Assembly: GCA_963811165.1 (NCBI GenBank) | Contig: CAWEQH010000001.1 | Coordinates: forward strand, 416,001 to 480,000 | Source: an uncultured Nitrospiraceae bacterium | Lineage (GTDB): Bacteria; Nitrospirota; Thermodesulfovibrionia; Thermodesulfovibrionales; UBA6898 | DNA length: 64,000 bases | Direction: 5' to 3' | In this document: in pieces, positions 1 to 9,331 of the stretch | Numbering within the stretch: the stretch's first letter is position 1 | How the letters are laid out: every line of letters starts with the position of its first letter | Translations under genes and position numbers: made by a program | Notes under the pieces: generated by a model | Told to the model about the DNA's origin: nothing | Database searches by the model: none | The model's input: the letters and a program-made list of their open reading frames with translations, nothing else

Positions 1-702
1 TATGTGATAGGCGTCGGCCCGGGCGACCCTGAATTACTGACGATAAAAGGCGTACGGATACTTAACAGCGTGCCCTGTATTTGCGTCCCCAAGGGCAGGG
101 AAGAAGGCAGCAGCCTCGCCCTCTCGATCGTAAAGAAAATCGTGAATCTCGACCATAAAGAAATTATCGAGGCACATTTCCCGATGAGAAAGACCCGGGA
201 TGCCGTACACGGAAACGAACTCGATGCGAAGTGGGACGAAACGGCAAAAATGGTTTCCGACAGGTTGAATAAGGGCTGCCACATGGCCTTCATCACGATA
301 GGCGACCCGACCATCTATAGCACCTTTTTTTATCTTTACGACAGGCTGCTTGCGACAAATGCGGACCTGGATATCGAAATCATCCCCGGCGTCTCTTCGA
401 TCAACGCTTCGGCATGCAGCGCAAAGATCTCCCTCGGGCTTGCAAACGAGAAGATCGCCGTGCTGCCCGCAACGTATGCCGAGAACCTCGGAGAGATCTT
501 CGAAAAATTTGATACCGTCGTACTCATGAAGGTCCACAGGGTGTTTGGGAAGGTCATCGAGATACTCGATCAGATGCATCTTACCGCCCGCGCCGTCTAT
601 GTCGTGGGGGCCGGCACGGAAGGCCAGAAAATATTTAAGGACATCAAGGCGCTCAAAGAGGAGGATATGAACTACTTTTCTCTGGTGATCGTAAGGAAAT
701 GA
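1..702 (+). CDS. cbiL: Precorrin-2/cobalt-factor II C20-methyltransferase (5' end probably outside window)
   Basis: GVGPGDPELLT, FITIGDPTIYSTF and IPGVSS tetrapyrrole-methylase motifs, VVLMKV; directly upstream of cbiF. Confidence 0.9.
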   Translation, partial: YVIGVGPGDPELLTIKGVRILNSVPCICVPKGREEGSSLALSIVKKIVNLDHKEIIEAHFPMRKTRDAVHGNELDAKWDETAKMVSDRLNKGCHMAFITIGDPTIYSTFFYLYDRLLATNADLDIEIIPGVSSINASACSAKISLGLANEKIAVLPATYAENLGEIFEKFDTVVLMKVHRVFGKVIEILDQMHLTARAVYVVGAGTEGQKIFKDIKALKEEDMNYFSLVIVRK

Positions 703-1463
703 AGGACAGGGCGAGCGTCCATTTCGTGGGTGCAGGACCAGGAGACCCCGAACTTATCACGCTCAAAGGGAGGAAACTTCTCGACCGGGCCGATGTGGTG
801 ATTTATGCGGGGAGCCTGGTCAATGCGGAACTCCTCAAAGGAATTAAAGCGGAGATCTTCGATTCTGCAACGATGAACCTCGGGGAGATTATAGAAATCA
901 TCGAGGGCGCGGTAAGAAACGGCAAGACCGTAGTGAGACTTCATACCGGCGATACTTCTTTCTATAGCGCGATATCGGAGCAGATCGAGAGGCTGAGGGA
1001 ACGTCATATCGACTATGAGGTGGTACCCGGCGTCTCCTCTGCGATGGCCGGCGCCGCGGCCCTCAAGATGGAACTTACGATCCCGGAGATAAGCCAGACC
1101 GTGATATTGACGCGCATGGAAGGGAGAACTCCGGTACCCGATGCGGAGAGATTGGGCGAACTCGCAAAACATAGGTCCACGATGGTGATCTTTCTGAGCG
1201 TGGGACTGATCGACAGGGTCAGAGATGAACTTCTTGAAGGCTATGATGGGGATACCCCTTTTGTGGTCGTTGAAAAGGCATCATGGCCGGACCAAAAAAT
1301 AGTGAGGGGCAGGCTGAAGGACATTGCCGAGGTGGTAAAAGGCTCGGGCATCAAAAAGACCGCATTAATCTACGTCGGCGAATCCTTGAGGGCCTCTGAG
1401 GTCTCTTTAGGAAAGGAATCGAGGCTCTATCGCAAGGACTTCACCCATGAGTACCGGAAATAA
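699..1463 (+). CDS. cbiF: Precorrin-4/cobalt-precorrin-4 C11-methyltransferase
   Basis: GAGPGDPELITLKG, YAGSLV, VRLHTGD, ELTIPEISQTVILTR, ASWPDQKI, SRLY motifs; ATGA overlap with cbiL. Confidence 0.95.
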   Translation: MKDRASVHFVGAGPGDPELITLKGRKLLDRADVVIYAGSLVNAELLKGIKAEIFDSATMNLGEIIEIIEGAVRNGKTVVRLHTGDTSFYSAISEQIERLRERHIDYEVVPGVSSAMAGAAALKMELTIPEISQTVILTRMEGRTPVPDAERLGELAKHRSTMVIFLSVGLIDRVRDELLEGYDGDTPFVVVEKASWPDQKIVRGRLKDIAEVVKGSGIKKTALIYVGESLRASEVSLGKESRLYRKDFTHEYRK

Positions 1464-3205
1464 GATCGCGGCCTTCTTTGTTACTGATAAGGGCCGGCTT
1501 CTTGCTGAGAGGATGAAGGAGCTTTATCCGGGGCTCGAGATAATAAAGTTTTCGGCAGGCGCCGCAAGAAAAAAGTGGGATGAATGCGGGAGCCTTATCT
1601 TCATCATGGCGGCGGGTATCGTGGTCCGGACAATCGGGCCTCTCATAAAGGATAAAAGGTCCGACCCGGCCGTTGTCGTGCTTGATGAAAACGGCGCGTA
1701 TGCGATAAGTCTCTTAAGCGGTCACCTGGGCGGCGCAAATGAGCGGTCAAGGGAGATCGCCGGATTTCCTTAACGGTGAAGCGGTCATTACCACGGCATC
1801 CGACGTAAACGGTCTGACGCCGATCGATCTTTGGGCGCAGGACAACGATCTCGTGATCGAGGACGGGAAGCTTCTTCCCCGCATCGGCACTCGTCTCATA
1901 AACACCGGAAGTCTGAATGTCTATACCGGCATCGAGATCGCCCTGCCCGGTGAGTTTGGGCGGGTGGCCGACCCCGCAGCTGCCGATTTGCTCATCACCC
2001 ATGCGAAATCGCTTTCATCTTGCCGGGGTCTCTATCTCAGACCGAAGGATCTCGTCATAGGTATCGGCTGTAACAGCGGGACTTCGGCCGCTGAGATCGA
2101 AGGCGCGGTCGAAAAGGTGTTCGATGAGAATAATTTGTCGCTCACGTCGGTCTTTGCGATCGCGACGATAGATCTGAAGGCCAAGGAGCCGGGGATCAGG
2201 GCATTTGCCGTAAAATATTCTTTCGGCATCCTGGCCTTCAGGCCTGAAGAACTGAATGGGGTAAACGGGGTAGCGAGGTCCGATGCGGCTTTCAGGGCCA
2301 CCGGGGCAAAGGCGGTGGCGGAGCCTGCCGCATTGCTTGCGACAGGCGCTAAGAGGCTTCTTGTCAGGAAACAGAAGATCGGCAACGTAACCGTGGCGGT
2401 AGCGGAAAGAAATAAAGGAGTCAAAGAAGTGGAGAAAGAGAAATCGAACGTGTTAGGAAAGATTTATGTTGTTGGCACCGGACCGGGAAATATAGAACAT
2501 ATCACCCCTTACGCTCATAAGGTAATCCGGCGATCGGATACCATCGTCGGCTACGGCACCTATACCGGCCTTATCAAGGAAATCATCAGTGACAAAGAGG
2601 TCTTCTCTACCGGGATGACCCAGGAGATCGACAGGTGCAGGAAAGCCGTCGAACTGGCCCTGGGCGGCCGGACGGTCTCCGTGATAAGCGGCGGAGATCC
2701 CGGAATATACGCTATGGCCGGGCTTGTTTTTGAACTTTTGAAAGAAAGGGAGGGAGACGGGCCTTTGCCCCCGGTCGAGGTTATCCCCGGCATTTCGGCG
2801 CTGAACGCCTGCGCAGCCAGGCTCGGCGCGCCTCTGATGCACGACTTCGCTTCAATCAGCCTTTCCGACAGGCTCACACCATGGGACCTGATAGAAAGAA
2901 GGCTCGATGCCGCCGCCATGTCGGATTTCGTGATCATCCTTTATAACCCCAAGAGTAAGGGCAGGGCAGGGCATATCACAAGGGCTCGGGATATCGTCAT
3001 GAAGTACCGGTCGGCCGATACCCCGGTCGGCATCGTCAAAGGTGCGATGAGGGAAGATGAAACGATTGTCCTGACGGACTTGGAAAAGATGCCCGGCCAT
3101 GAGATCGATATGCAGACGACGGTGATAATAGGAAATTCGAAGACCTTTCTCTGGAATGACCTGATGATTACGCCCCGTGGATATGAAAAGAAACTTGCAT
3201 CCTGA
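1447..3205 (+). CDS. cbiG-cbiH: CbiG (cobalt-precorrin-5A hydrolase)-CbiH/CobJ (C17-methyltransferase) fusion, split by a +1 frameshift at ~1765-1767
   Basis: ORF 1447-1773 has CbiG N-terminus (MAAGIVVR, DKRSDPAVVV, SLLSGHLGGAN); ORF 1739-3205 continues with VITTASD, GIGC, VAEPAA, then CbiH (VVGTGPG, ISGGDPGIYAMAG, GAPLMHDF, LYNPKS, MITPRGY). Removing one T from GGATTTCCTT joins the frames. Confidence 0.9.
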
Positions 3206-4511
3206 GAGCACCGTTTCGAGTAAAATTGCTTTTTTTTGGGACGAATCCTTTATCTGGGGACTGATGTCCTATAAGGCACTGCGCGCCAATGGTCTTTCCT
3301 TTGACCTTGTCCGCTGCGACGATATCAGAAGAGGGGCCCTTAAGAACTACTCCATGCTTTTTGTTCCCGGCGGATGGGCATCGAATAAACTGAGGGCGCT
3401 TGGAGATGACGGGGCCTCGGAGATACGAAGGTTCGTTGAGGCGGGCGGCTCCTACTTGGGCTTCTGCGGCGGCGCCGGTCTTGCTACCCTCGATGGAATA
3501 GGGCTTTTGCCGGTGAAGCGAAAACCGACAAGGGAGCGGGTGCCGAGTTTCAGCGGAAGGATCATGCTCAATCTTAAGGAACATCCGGTCTGGAAGGGCC
3601 TTTCGGCAACCGGGCATCGGCGGCAGGCCGCTCATTCATCCGATGTCTTTCAGGCCTGGTGGCCTTCCCAGCTTTTACTGGAAGAAAAATCCGTCAAAGT
3701 CCTTGCGACTTACGGCGAAGCGCTGCCCGACTCCTTCAGCTCCGACCTGAACGTCGGCGATACGGAAGCAAGCGGCAACTGGGATGAACTCGAAGAGGTG
3801 TATGGAATCAACCTCAATCCCAAGCGGCTGCGCGACGACCCCGCTGTGGTTGAGGGGGTATGCGGGAGGGGCCGGGTCATCCTGTCGCTCATCCACTTCG
3901 ATACCCCATCCGATGACAATGGTTCGATCGTTCTTAAGAACCTGTGGGAGTATCTCGCGGGCGAGAAAACAGGGCACCTTGAATGTCGATTGCGTTCTGC
4001 AGGCGTTATAAGCGATTCTGTCGCTTCAGCAGATGAAGCGGGCATAGAGGTTTCAGAACTCGAAGCGAAGGTAGCGGATTTGATCTGTCTGGGGATGAGG
4101 AATTTTCTCTGGTTCTGGAGGAACCCTATGCTTCTTCAGTGGCGCAGGGGAGTAAGGGGACTTGAATACTGCACGCTTTATATCATGATGAAAGAGATCT
4201 CGGAAATCATACGCCTCGAAAAATATCATCTTTTACGTGATGATGAGCGAAAGCAGCGGCTCAAGGAGGGTCTTTCAGCCCTGAGGTCACTCCTCATTCC
4301 ATTTATTGATGAATCGAAAAGGCTTCTCGTTTTGGAGAGGCTCGCTATGCAAAACGGGCATATTACCTACGACAGATGTGAAGATCCGGAGATCGGGAAG
4401 ATAAGGAGAGAGCTTTTTTCGAATTCAAAGAGCCACGGCGGATTATTCAAACAACTGATCGGGGAAATCGACAAAGTGCTGTTTATGGTGATGGACCGCA
4501 GCGATAGGTGA
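3177..4511 (+). CDS. BPL_N (biotin-protein-ligase N-terminal, class I glutamine amidotransferase-like) domain protein
   Basis: LFVPGG...IRRFVEAGGSYLGFCGGA motif with nucleophile-elbow Cys; GRVILSLIHFD; overlaps cbiH stop. Confidence 0.75.
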   Translation: MDMKRNLHPESTVSSKIAFFWDESFIWGLMSYKALRANGLSFDLVRCDDIRRGALKNYSMLFVPGGWASNKLRALGDDGASEIRRFVEAGGSYLGFCGGAGLATLDGIGLLPVKRKPTRERVPSFSGRIMLNLKEHPVWKGLSATGHRRQAAHSSDVFQAWWPSQLLLEEKSVKVLATYGEALPDSFSSDLNVGDTEASGNWDELEEVYGINLNPKRLRDDPAVVEGVCGRGRVILSLIHFDTPSDDNGSIVLKNLWEYLAGEKTGHLECRLRSAGVISDSVASADEAGIEVSELEAKVADLICLGMRNFLWFWRNPMLLQWRRGVRGLEYCTLYIMMKEISEIIRLEKYHLLRDDERKQRLKEGLSALRSLLIPFIDESKRLLVLERLAMQNGHITYDRCEDPEIGKIRRELFSNSKSHGGLFKQLIGEIDKVLFMVMDRSDR

Positions 4512-4635
4512 ATCCTTCGTTATCGAAAGGCCCTTTTTTCGAGCGGGTATCCCGCACTTTTTTTTCTCTTTGAAACAGTATCGTCTTTGTAGTAAAATTG
4601 TCCGTTACCAGACATCTTTTCAAAGGAGGACCTCA

Positions 4636-4845
4636 ATGGAGCATAAGAACAAGGCCAGCAGCGTTACCTTTATCTTGATTGCGGTGTGCATATTGGGAAG
4701 TGTTGCCGCAAGTTTCAGCCTTCAGGAGATTATTCCCCGGCTTAACAAATGGCAAATTGGCGGGTATGCAATTGTGGGCGGGATATTCATCGCGATGGTT
4801 GCCGTGATCGCAAATGAAATGCTGAAGTTCTTTCAGAACGAATAA
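4636..4845 (+). CDS. Small two-TM membrane protein (69 aa), paralogue of 5415-5625
   Basis: AAGGAGG RBS before ATG 4636; two hydrophobic segments; RLNKWQ..GYA.V.GIFIA.VA shared with the downstream copy. Confidence 0.8.
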   Translation: MEHKNKASSVTFILIAVCILGSVAASFSLQEIIPRLNKWQIGGYAIVGGIFIAMVAVIANEMLKFFQNE

Positions 4846-4930
4846 CTCTTCTTTCAGGCGGGTCTTTCGGGGCATGGGGACAGAGTTTTTGACCGGGAAC
4901 GGCCTTCAGCCTGATTGAGTAAGAATACGG

Positions 4931-5347
4931 ATGTCGACGGCATCGCGGGTCATTATTATCGATTATTCAATGAAGTATTATGCGGACGTTGCAAGGGCGG
5001 CCATGCCGGCCGCGAGGAACGGCAAGTTTGTTCAGTTGAGACACGGTGACACGGAGTACCTTGTATTATCCCCCAAGGAATTCAGCCCTTACCACGCTGA
5101 CATCCTGGAGCGGTTTTGCCGGGAGAGGTCCATTGACGGGGCCTATCAGGAAGGGAAGAAGCGCTTCGACATTCGGGATGCCGAATGGGTCATCCGGGGC
5201 GGCGGCAAGTTTGAGATAGATGAGACGAAGAGATATATACGTTTCTATGACAACTCAATGGCCTACGGGAGATTCGAGGCCAGGGGTTTAAAGGGAAAGG
5301 TCCGTCGGAGCGATATACTGAAGGGTTATGAAGTGACGATCGAATAA
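4931..5347 (+). CDS. Janus/Ocnus (PHPT1, 14-kDa phosphohistidine phosphatase)-like protein
   Basis: GKFVQ, YHADI, GGGK, YDNSMAYG and GYEVT occur in the same order as PHPT1 FKYVL, YHADI, GGGR, YGYSMAYG and DYEVT (recalled sequence). Confidence 0.75.
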   Translation: MSTASRVIIIDYSMKYYADVARAAMPAARNGKFVQLRHGDTEYLVLSPKEFSPYHADILERFCRERSIDGAYQEGKKRFDIRDAEWVIRGGGKFEIDETKRYIRFYDNSMAYGRFEARGLKGKVRRSDILKGYEVTIE

Positions 5348-5414
5348 CGGGGTGGGCGCACTGGGGGATCATCGGAGAATAATGATATGACGTATCTCTA
5401 TGAAGGAGACGTGG

Positions 5415-5625
5415 ATGGAGCAGAAGAAAAAGAGCGAACCTGACGATCGTTATAGTTGGCGCGGTCTGTATTATTATGGCAGTGGCAGGCGGGATACGCA
5501 TGCTTCATATGATCTCCCGTCTAAACGGATGGCAGGCCGCAGGATATGCGCTGGTTGAGGGGATATTCATCGCCCTTGTCGCTGCCATACTTGACCGGAT
5601 CCTTTCTTTTTTCTCCGGCGAGTAA
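5415..5625 (+). CDS. Small two-TM membrane protein, paralogue of 4636-4845, with a +1 frameshift in the A-run at 5427-5431 (absent from ORF track)
   Basis: AAGGAG RBS, ATG 5415; removing one A gives MEQKKRANLTIVIVGAVCIIMAVAGGIRMLHMISRLNGWQAAGYALVEGIFIALVAAILDRILSFFSGE*, 69 aa, gap-free alignment to the paralogue. Confidence 0.8.
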
Positions 5626-5697
5626 ATGAGGGAGGCCCCTTCTCCCTTTTCATAACTATGAAGAAGGTAGAGTTGCGGACGTAGGCAGCAACATCCC

Positions 5698-8229
5698 ATG
5701 AAATCTCTTCCGATCGACGGAGTACTAAGCCTTCTGAAAGAGGCGGTATCCGCTAACCCCTCCGTGGTCCTGAACGCCCCGCCCGGCGCGGGGAAGACAA
5801 CCCGCGTTCCACTGGCCCTTCTGGATATATTTCCCCCTGAAAAAGGCCGCGTCATAATGCTTGAACCCAGAAGGATAGCCGCGACCTCCGTTGCCCGATG
5901 GATGGCAAAGGGCCTCGGACAGGAGGTGGGCGAAACCGTAGGATACTCGATCCGGTTCGACACCCGGGTCTCCAGGAAGACCCGTATCGAGGTCGTCACC
6001 GAAGGCATACTCACCCGCCGTATCCAGGCTGATCCGGGCCTCGAAGGCATCTCGATGGTTATATTCGACGAATTCCACGAAAGAAGTCTGCATGCGGACC
6101 TCGCTCTGGCCCTCTGCCTCGATCTGCGCCGCGGACTCAGGGAAGACCTGAAGGTCCTCGTCATGTCTGCGACTCTCCAATGCGGTCCTGTCGCTTCCCT
6201 CCTTGGCGGGGCACCGGTGATTTCGTCTGAGGGCAAGGCCTTTCCCGTTGAGGAACGTTACCTGCCGGAGAAGAGCGGGCCACTGCCCGGACGTATCGCC
6301 GGGGCGGTCGATCTGGCTTTGCGCGAGGCATCTGGAGACGTGCTTGTTTTCTTGCCGGGTGCATCCGAGATACGGGCATGCAACCAGGCTATCGACGGGA
6401 TGCCGGGCGTCCCGGGAGCGGGTATCGCCGTACATCCTCTTTACGGCGATCTGCCCTTTGAGGAGCAGGAGCGGGCCATCCTCCCTTCGGGGAAGCGAAA
6501 GATAATTCTGGCGACGAATATTGCCGAGACGAGTCTTACTATAGAGGGAGTCGGTGTCGTGATCGACAGCGGTTTGACGAGAAGGCTCCAGTATGACCCC
6601 TCTACCGGTATGAACAGGCTCATCACCACCTCCGTTTCGAAGGCGTCCGCCGAACAAAGAAAGGGCAGGGCGGGCAGGCTCGGCCCGGGTGTCTGCTACC
6701 GCCTTTACAGCAGAAATACCTTTTTCGGCATGGTCCCTTTTGCCCCTCCGGAGATACTTGTGTCTGATCTTTCTTCCCTGGCGCTCGAACTTGCGGTCTG
6801 GGGTGTGAAAGAACCCTCGGCCCTCTCGTGGCTTGATGCGCCTCCTGCCGCAGCCTGGGAATCGGCCGTCAGGCTGCTTATGGACCTTGGCGCGCTTGAT
6901 AGGTCTGCCTCGGCCACGCCTGAAGGCAGGACAATGGCCCGGCTTCCTCTCCATCCCCGTCTTGCCCGTCTCTTGCTGCGTGCGGAGGAACTGGGGTGTC
7001 AGCGTCTCGGGGCAGACCTCTCCGCGCTTCTCTCTGAAAGGGACATACTCCGCCGGGATGCATCGACGGCCCGCATGGTCCGCGACCGTGAACCCGATAT
7101 CGGGGTGAGGATCGACATTTTAGAGGAGTGGCGAAAAGGAAGAGGAACGACTCACAACGCAGACCCCTGGGCATTACGGGCCGTGGACAGGATCGCCGGG
7201 CAGCTAGCCGGGCTGATGCGGGGGAAGACGAAAGATGTTTTGCGAGAAACTCAGGCACCTGATGCGATTCCCCGGTTGCTTCTCAGCGCCTTTCCTGACA
7301 GGGTTGCGCAGCTTCGCCCGGATGGGGATGGACATTTTGTCCTTTCGCAGGGAAGGGGCGTCCGGCTGACTTCAACTTCGGGTCTGAGCAAAAGTCCTTA
7401 CCTTGTTGCGGTCTATGTGGATGCAGGGGAGAAGGCCGAAGGCATAGTGCATCTGGCTGCGCCGCTTTCCGCGGAACTCATCCGAAGGGATTGCAGCAGT
7501 CGTATCGAGACCGTAAAAAGGGTGGAGTGGGATAGGCGTGAAGAAAGGATCATTGCGACAGTTGAAGAGCGAATGGGCGCGGTAGTCTTTTCATCCAGGC
7601 CCTTCAGTCCCTCGGACGAAGAAGCGCTGCCTATCGTCTGCGAGGCGATCGGCTCAAATCCCGGGATGCTGATATTCCGTAGCGAGGCAAGACAATTTCA
7701 GGGCCGGGTCGCTCTTATGCGAAGGACTTTCCCCGATGAAGACTGGCCGGATCTTTCCGATGAGCGCCTTCTCGTAAACCCTGCAGAATGGCTCCCGGCG
7801 TGGCTTCGGGGCCGGCGCACCAGTCAGGACATAAAAAATATGGATATCCTGCCTGCGCTCAATTCGCAGCTTCCATGGGGAAAGGCGCAGCTTTTGGAAA
7901 ATCGCGCACCCAAAACGATCGTTGTGCCAAGCGGCCACCGTGTTGCAATCGATTATGCCGCGGGAGATGTCCCGGTGCTTGCGGTGAAACTTCAGGAGAT
8001 GTTCGGCCTTGCCGATACGCCCGCAATCGCCGGCGGGCGGGTGAAGGTGCTCCTTCATCTCCTCTCCCCCGCCCGCAGACCCGTCCAGATCACAAAGGAC
8101 CTCAAGGGGTTCTGGAATAGCGGCTATCAGCAGGTGAAGAAGGAGTTGAAGGGGCGTTATCCGAAACACCCCTGGCCTGATGATCCATGGAATGCCGTCC
8201 CTACGCGGAGGACGAAACGCCGGGAGTAG
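5698..8229 (+). CDS. hrpB: ATP-dependent helicase HrpB
   Basis: APPGAGKTT, DEFHER, MSAT, ATNIAETSLTI, QRKGRAGR; C-terminal LLSPARRP and LKGRYPKHPWPDDP. Confidence 0.97.
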   Translation: MKSLPIDGVLSLLKEAVSANPSVVLNAPPGAGKTTRVPLALLDIFPPEKGRVIMLEPRRIAATSVARWMAKGLGQEVGETVGYSIRFDTRVSRKTRIEVVTEGILTRRIQADPGLEGISMVIFDEFHERSLHADLALALCLDLRRGLREDLKVLVMSATLQCGPVASLLGGAPVISSEGKAFPVEERYLPEKSGPLPGRIAGAVDLALREASGDVLVFLPGASEIRACNQAIDGMPGVPGAGIAVHPLYGDLPFEEQERAILPSGKRKIILATNIAETSLTIEGVGVVIDSGLTRRLQYDPSTGMNRLITTSVSKASAEQRKGRAGRLGPGVCYRLYSRNTFFGMVPFAPPEILVSDLSSLALELAVWGVKEPSALSWLDAPPAAAWESAVRLLMDLGALDRSASATPEGRTMARLPLHPRLARLLLRAEELGCQRLGADLSALLSERDILRRDASTARMVRDREPDIGVRIDILEEWRKGRGTTHNADPWALRAVDRIAGQLAGLMRGKTKDVLRETQAPDAIPRLLLSAFPDRVAQLRPDGDGHFVLSQGRGVRLTSTSGLSKSPYLVAVYVDAGEKAEGIVHLAAPLSAELIRRDCSSRIETVKRVEWDRREERIIATVEERMGAVVFSSRPFSPSDEEALPIVCEAIGSNPGMLIFRSEARQFQGRVALMRRTFPDEDWPDLSDERLLVNPAEWLPAWLRGRRTSQDIKNMDILPALNSQLPWGKAQLLENRAPKTIVVPSGHRVAIDYAAGDVPVLAVKLQEMFGLADTPAIAGGRVKVLLHLLSPARRPVQITKDLKGFWNSGYQQVKKELKGRYPKHPWPDDPWNAVPTRRTKRRE

Positions 8230-8315
8230 CTGCGATATTCGTTGCGTATGCGGCAGAGAAAGTTTCCCCGTTTGCCCAAAATGAGGCTATCATACAGGTA
8301 AGGCAGAAATGTATC

Positions 8316-8825
8316 ATGACTCCCCAAACGGTCGCATTACTATTTGAACTTGCGGTTATCGCCGAAACCTCCTCCCGGGATTTCTATGATGGCCTCGCGA
8401 AAAAATTTTGGCACGAGACAAATATCTCGAAGTTCTGGGAGAATATGGCGGCAGACGAGGCTGAACAGGTAAAGATGATGGAGGGCCTGCGGAAATCATT
8501 GACGTCGGCCCAACTGTCCGCTCCCGCAGAAGATGACATTGTACAGGTGGCACTCGAAAATTCAAAGGTTCAGATACGCGAAGTGCTCAATATGGTGAAG
8601 AATCTTAATGATGCCTTTGTGCTTGCACAGCTATGGGAAAATTCTGAAATCTACAAAGTCTTTGAATTTCTCACCTCTCAATATATGCCCAGTGATGCCG
8701 ATGGACGCTTTGTCCGGCTCCACCTGACGACTCATAAGAAAAAGCTCGAGTTGTTTTCTCAGGCCTTCGGCGAAGCTGAAGCAAGAAAGAGTGTCAGCGC
8801 CATGGACGGGGAACTTTTGCCTTAG
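8316..8825 (+). CDS. Ferritin-like/rubrerythrin-family protein (degenerate)
   Basis: ELAVIAE...FY..LA, FWENMAADEAEQ helical pattern; start 8316 chosen to avoid overlap with hrpB. Confidence 0.55.
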   Translation: MTPQTVALLFELAVIAETSSRDFYDGLAKKFWHETNISKFWENMAADEAEQVKMMEGLRKSLTSAQLSAPAEDDIVQVALENSKVQIREVLNMVKNLNDAFVLAQLWENSEIYKVFEFLTSQYMPSDADGRFVRLHLTTHKKKLELFSQAFGEAEARKSVSAMDGELLP

Positions 8826-8910
8826 CAATAATAAGGCTGAGGGTATTCACGAGCAGAAAAAGTGGGAAAAAGCTGCCGGCAGAGAGGATTTTTCTGAAAG
8901 AGCTCAGGGG

Positions 8911-9321
8911 CTAATCCTGCCGATGGGCCGCCCCCGTGTTGTTTTCCTCTCCGGCATCGGATTTTGTGTCTGACGGCAGGTGATTGGCAACAAGGAAAAC
9001 CCCCACCGATATAATAATGGAAATAACAGCTACCGTGTAAGCGAGCGATTTGCCCTGCCATAACCCGTCAAACCAGCGCATCAGCTCATTGGCAAGCACA
9101 TTCACCTTTCCCCCGTAGAGTTCCAGATTATGCATATACATCTTGGAATCTTCGGGTGCAACCGGATACACATAACCGCCTGCCGCTTCATAGCCTAAAA
9201 CACCGTCTGAATTGTTCCCGGCTGTCAGATAAATCCAGGCTGCGCCGCCAAACCCGGCCAGGAGGATAACGGCCGCGATAAGGTAAAGGCGAGTCCTCAG
9301 ATCTATGATTTTCCTTTTCAT
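8911..9321 (-). CDS. Hypothetical two-TM membrane protein
   Basis: N- and C-terminal hydrophobic helices; 10 bp downstream of the DEAD-box gene. Confidence 0.7.
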   Translation of the reverse strand: MKRKIIDLRTRLYLIAAVILLAGFGGAAWIYLTAGNNSDGVLGYEAAGGYVYPVAPEDSKMYMHNLELYGGKVNVLANELMRWFDGLWQGKSLAYTVAVISIIISVGVFLVANHLPSDTKSDAGEENNTGAAHRQD

Positions 9322-9331
9322 GTCCCGGGAC

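Noticed and set aside
5725..6954. Long antisense ORFs (also 9572-10270, 12490-13380, 31257-31946, 51325-52257 and others)
   Set aside because: Shadows of well-conserved GC-rich genes with no recognisable motifs
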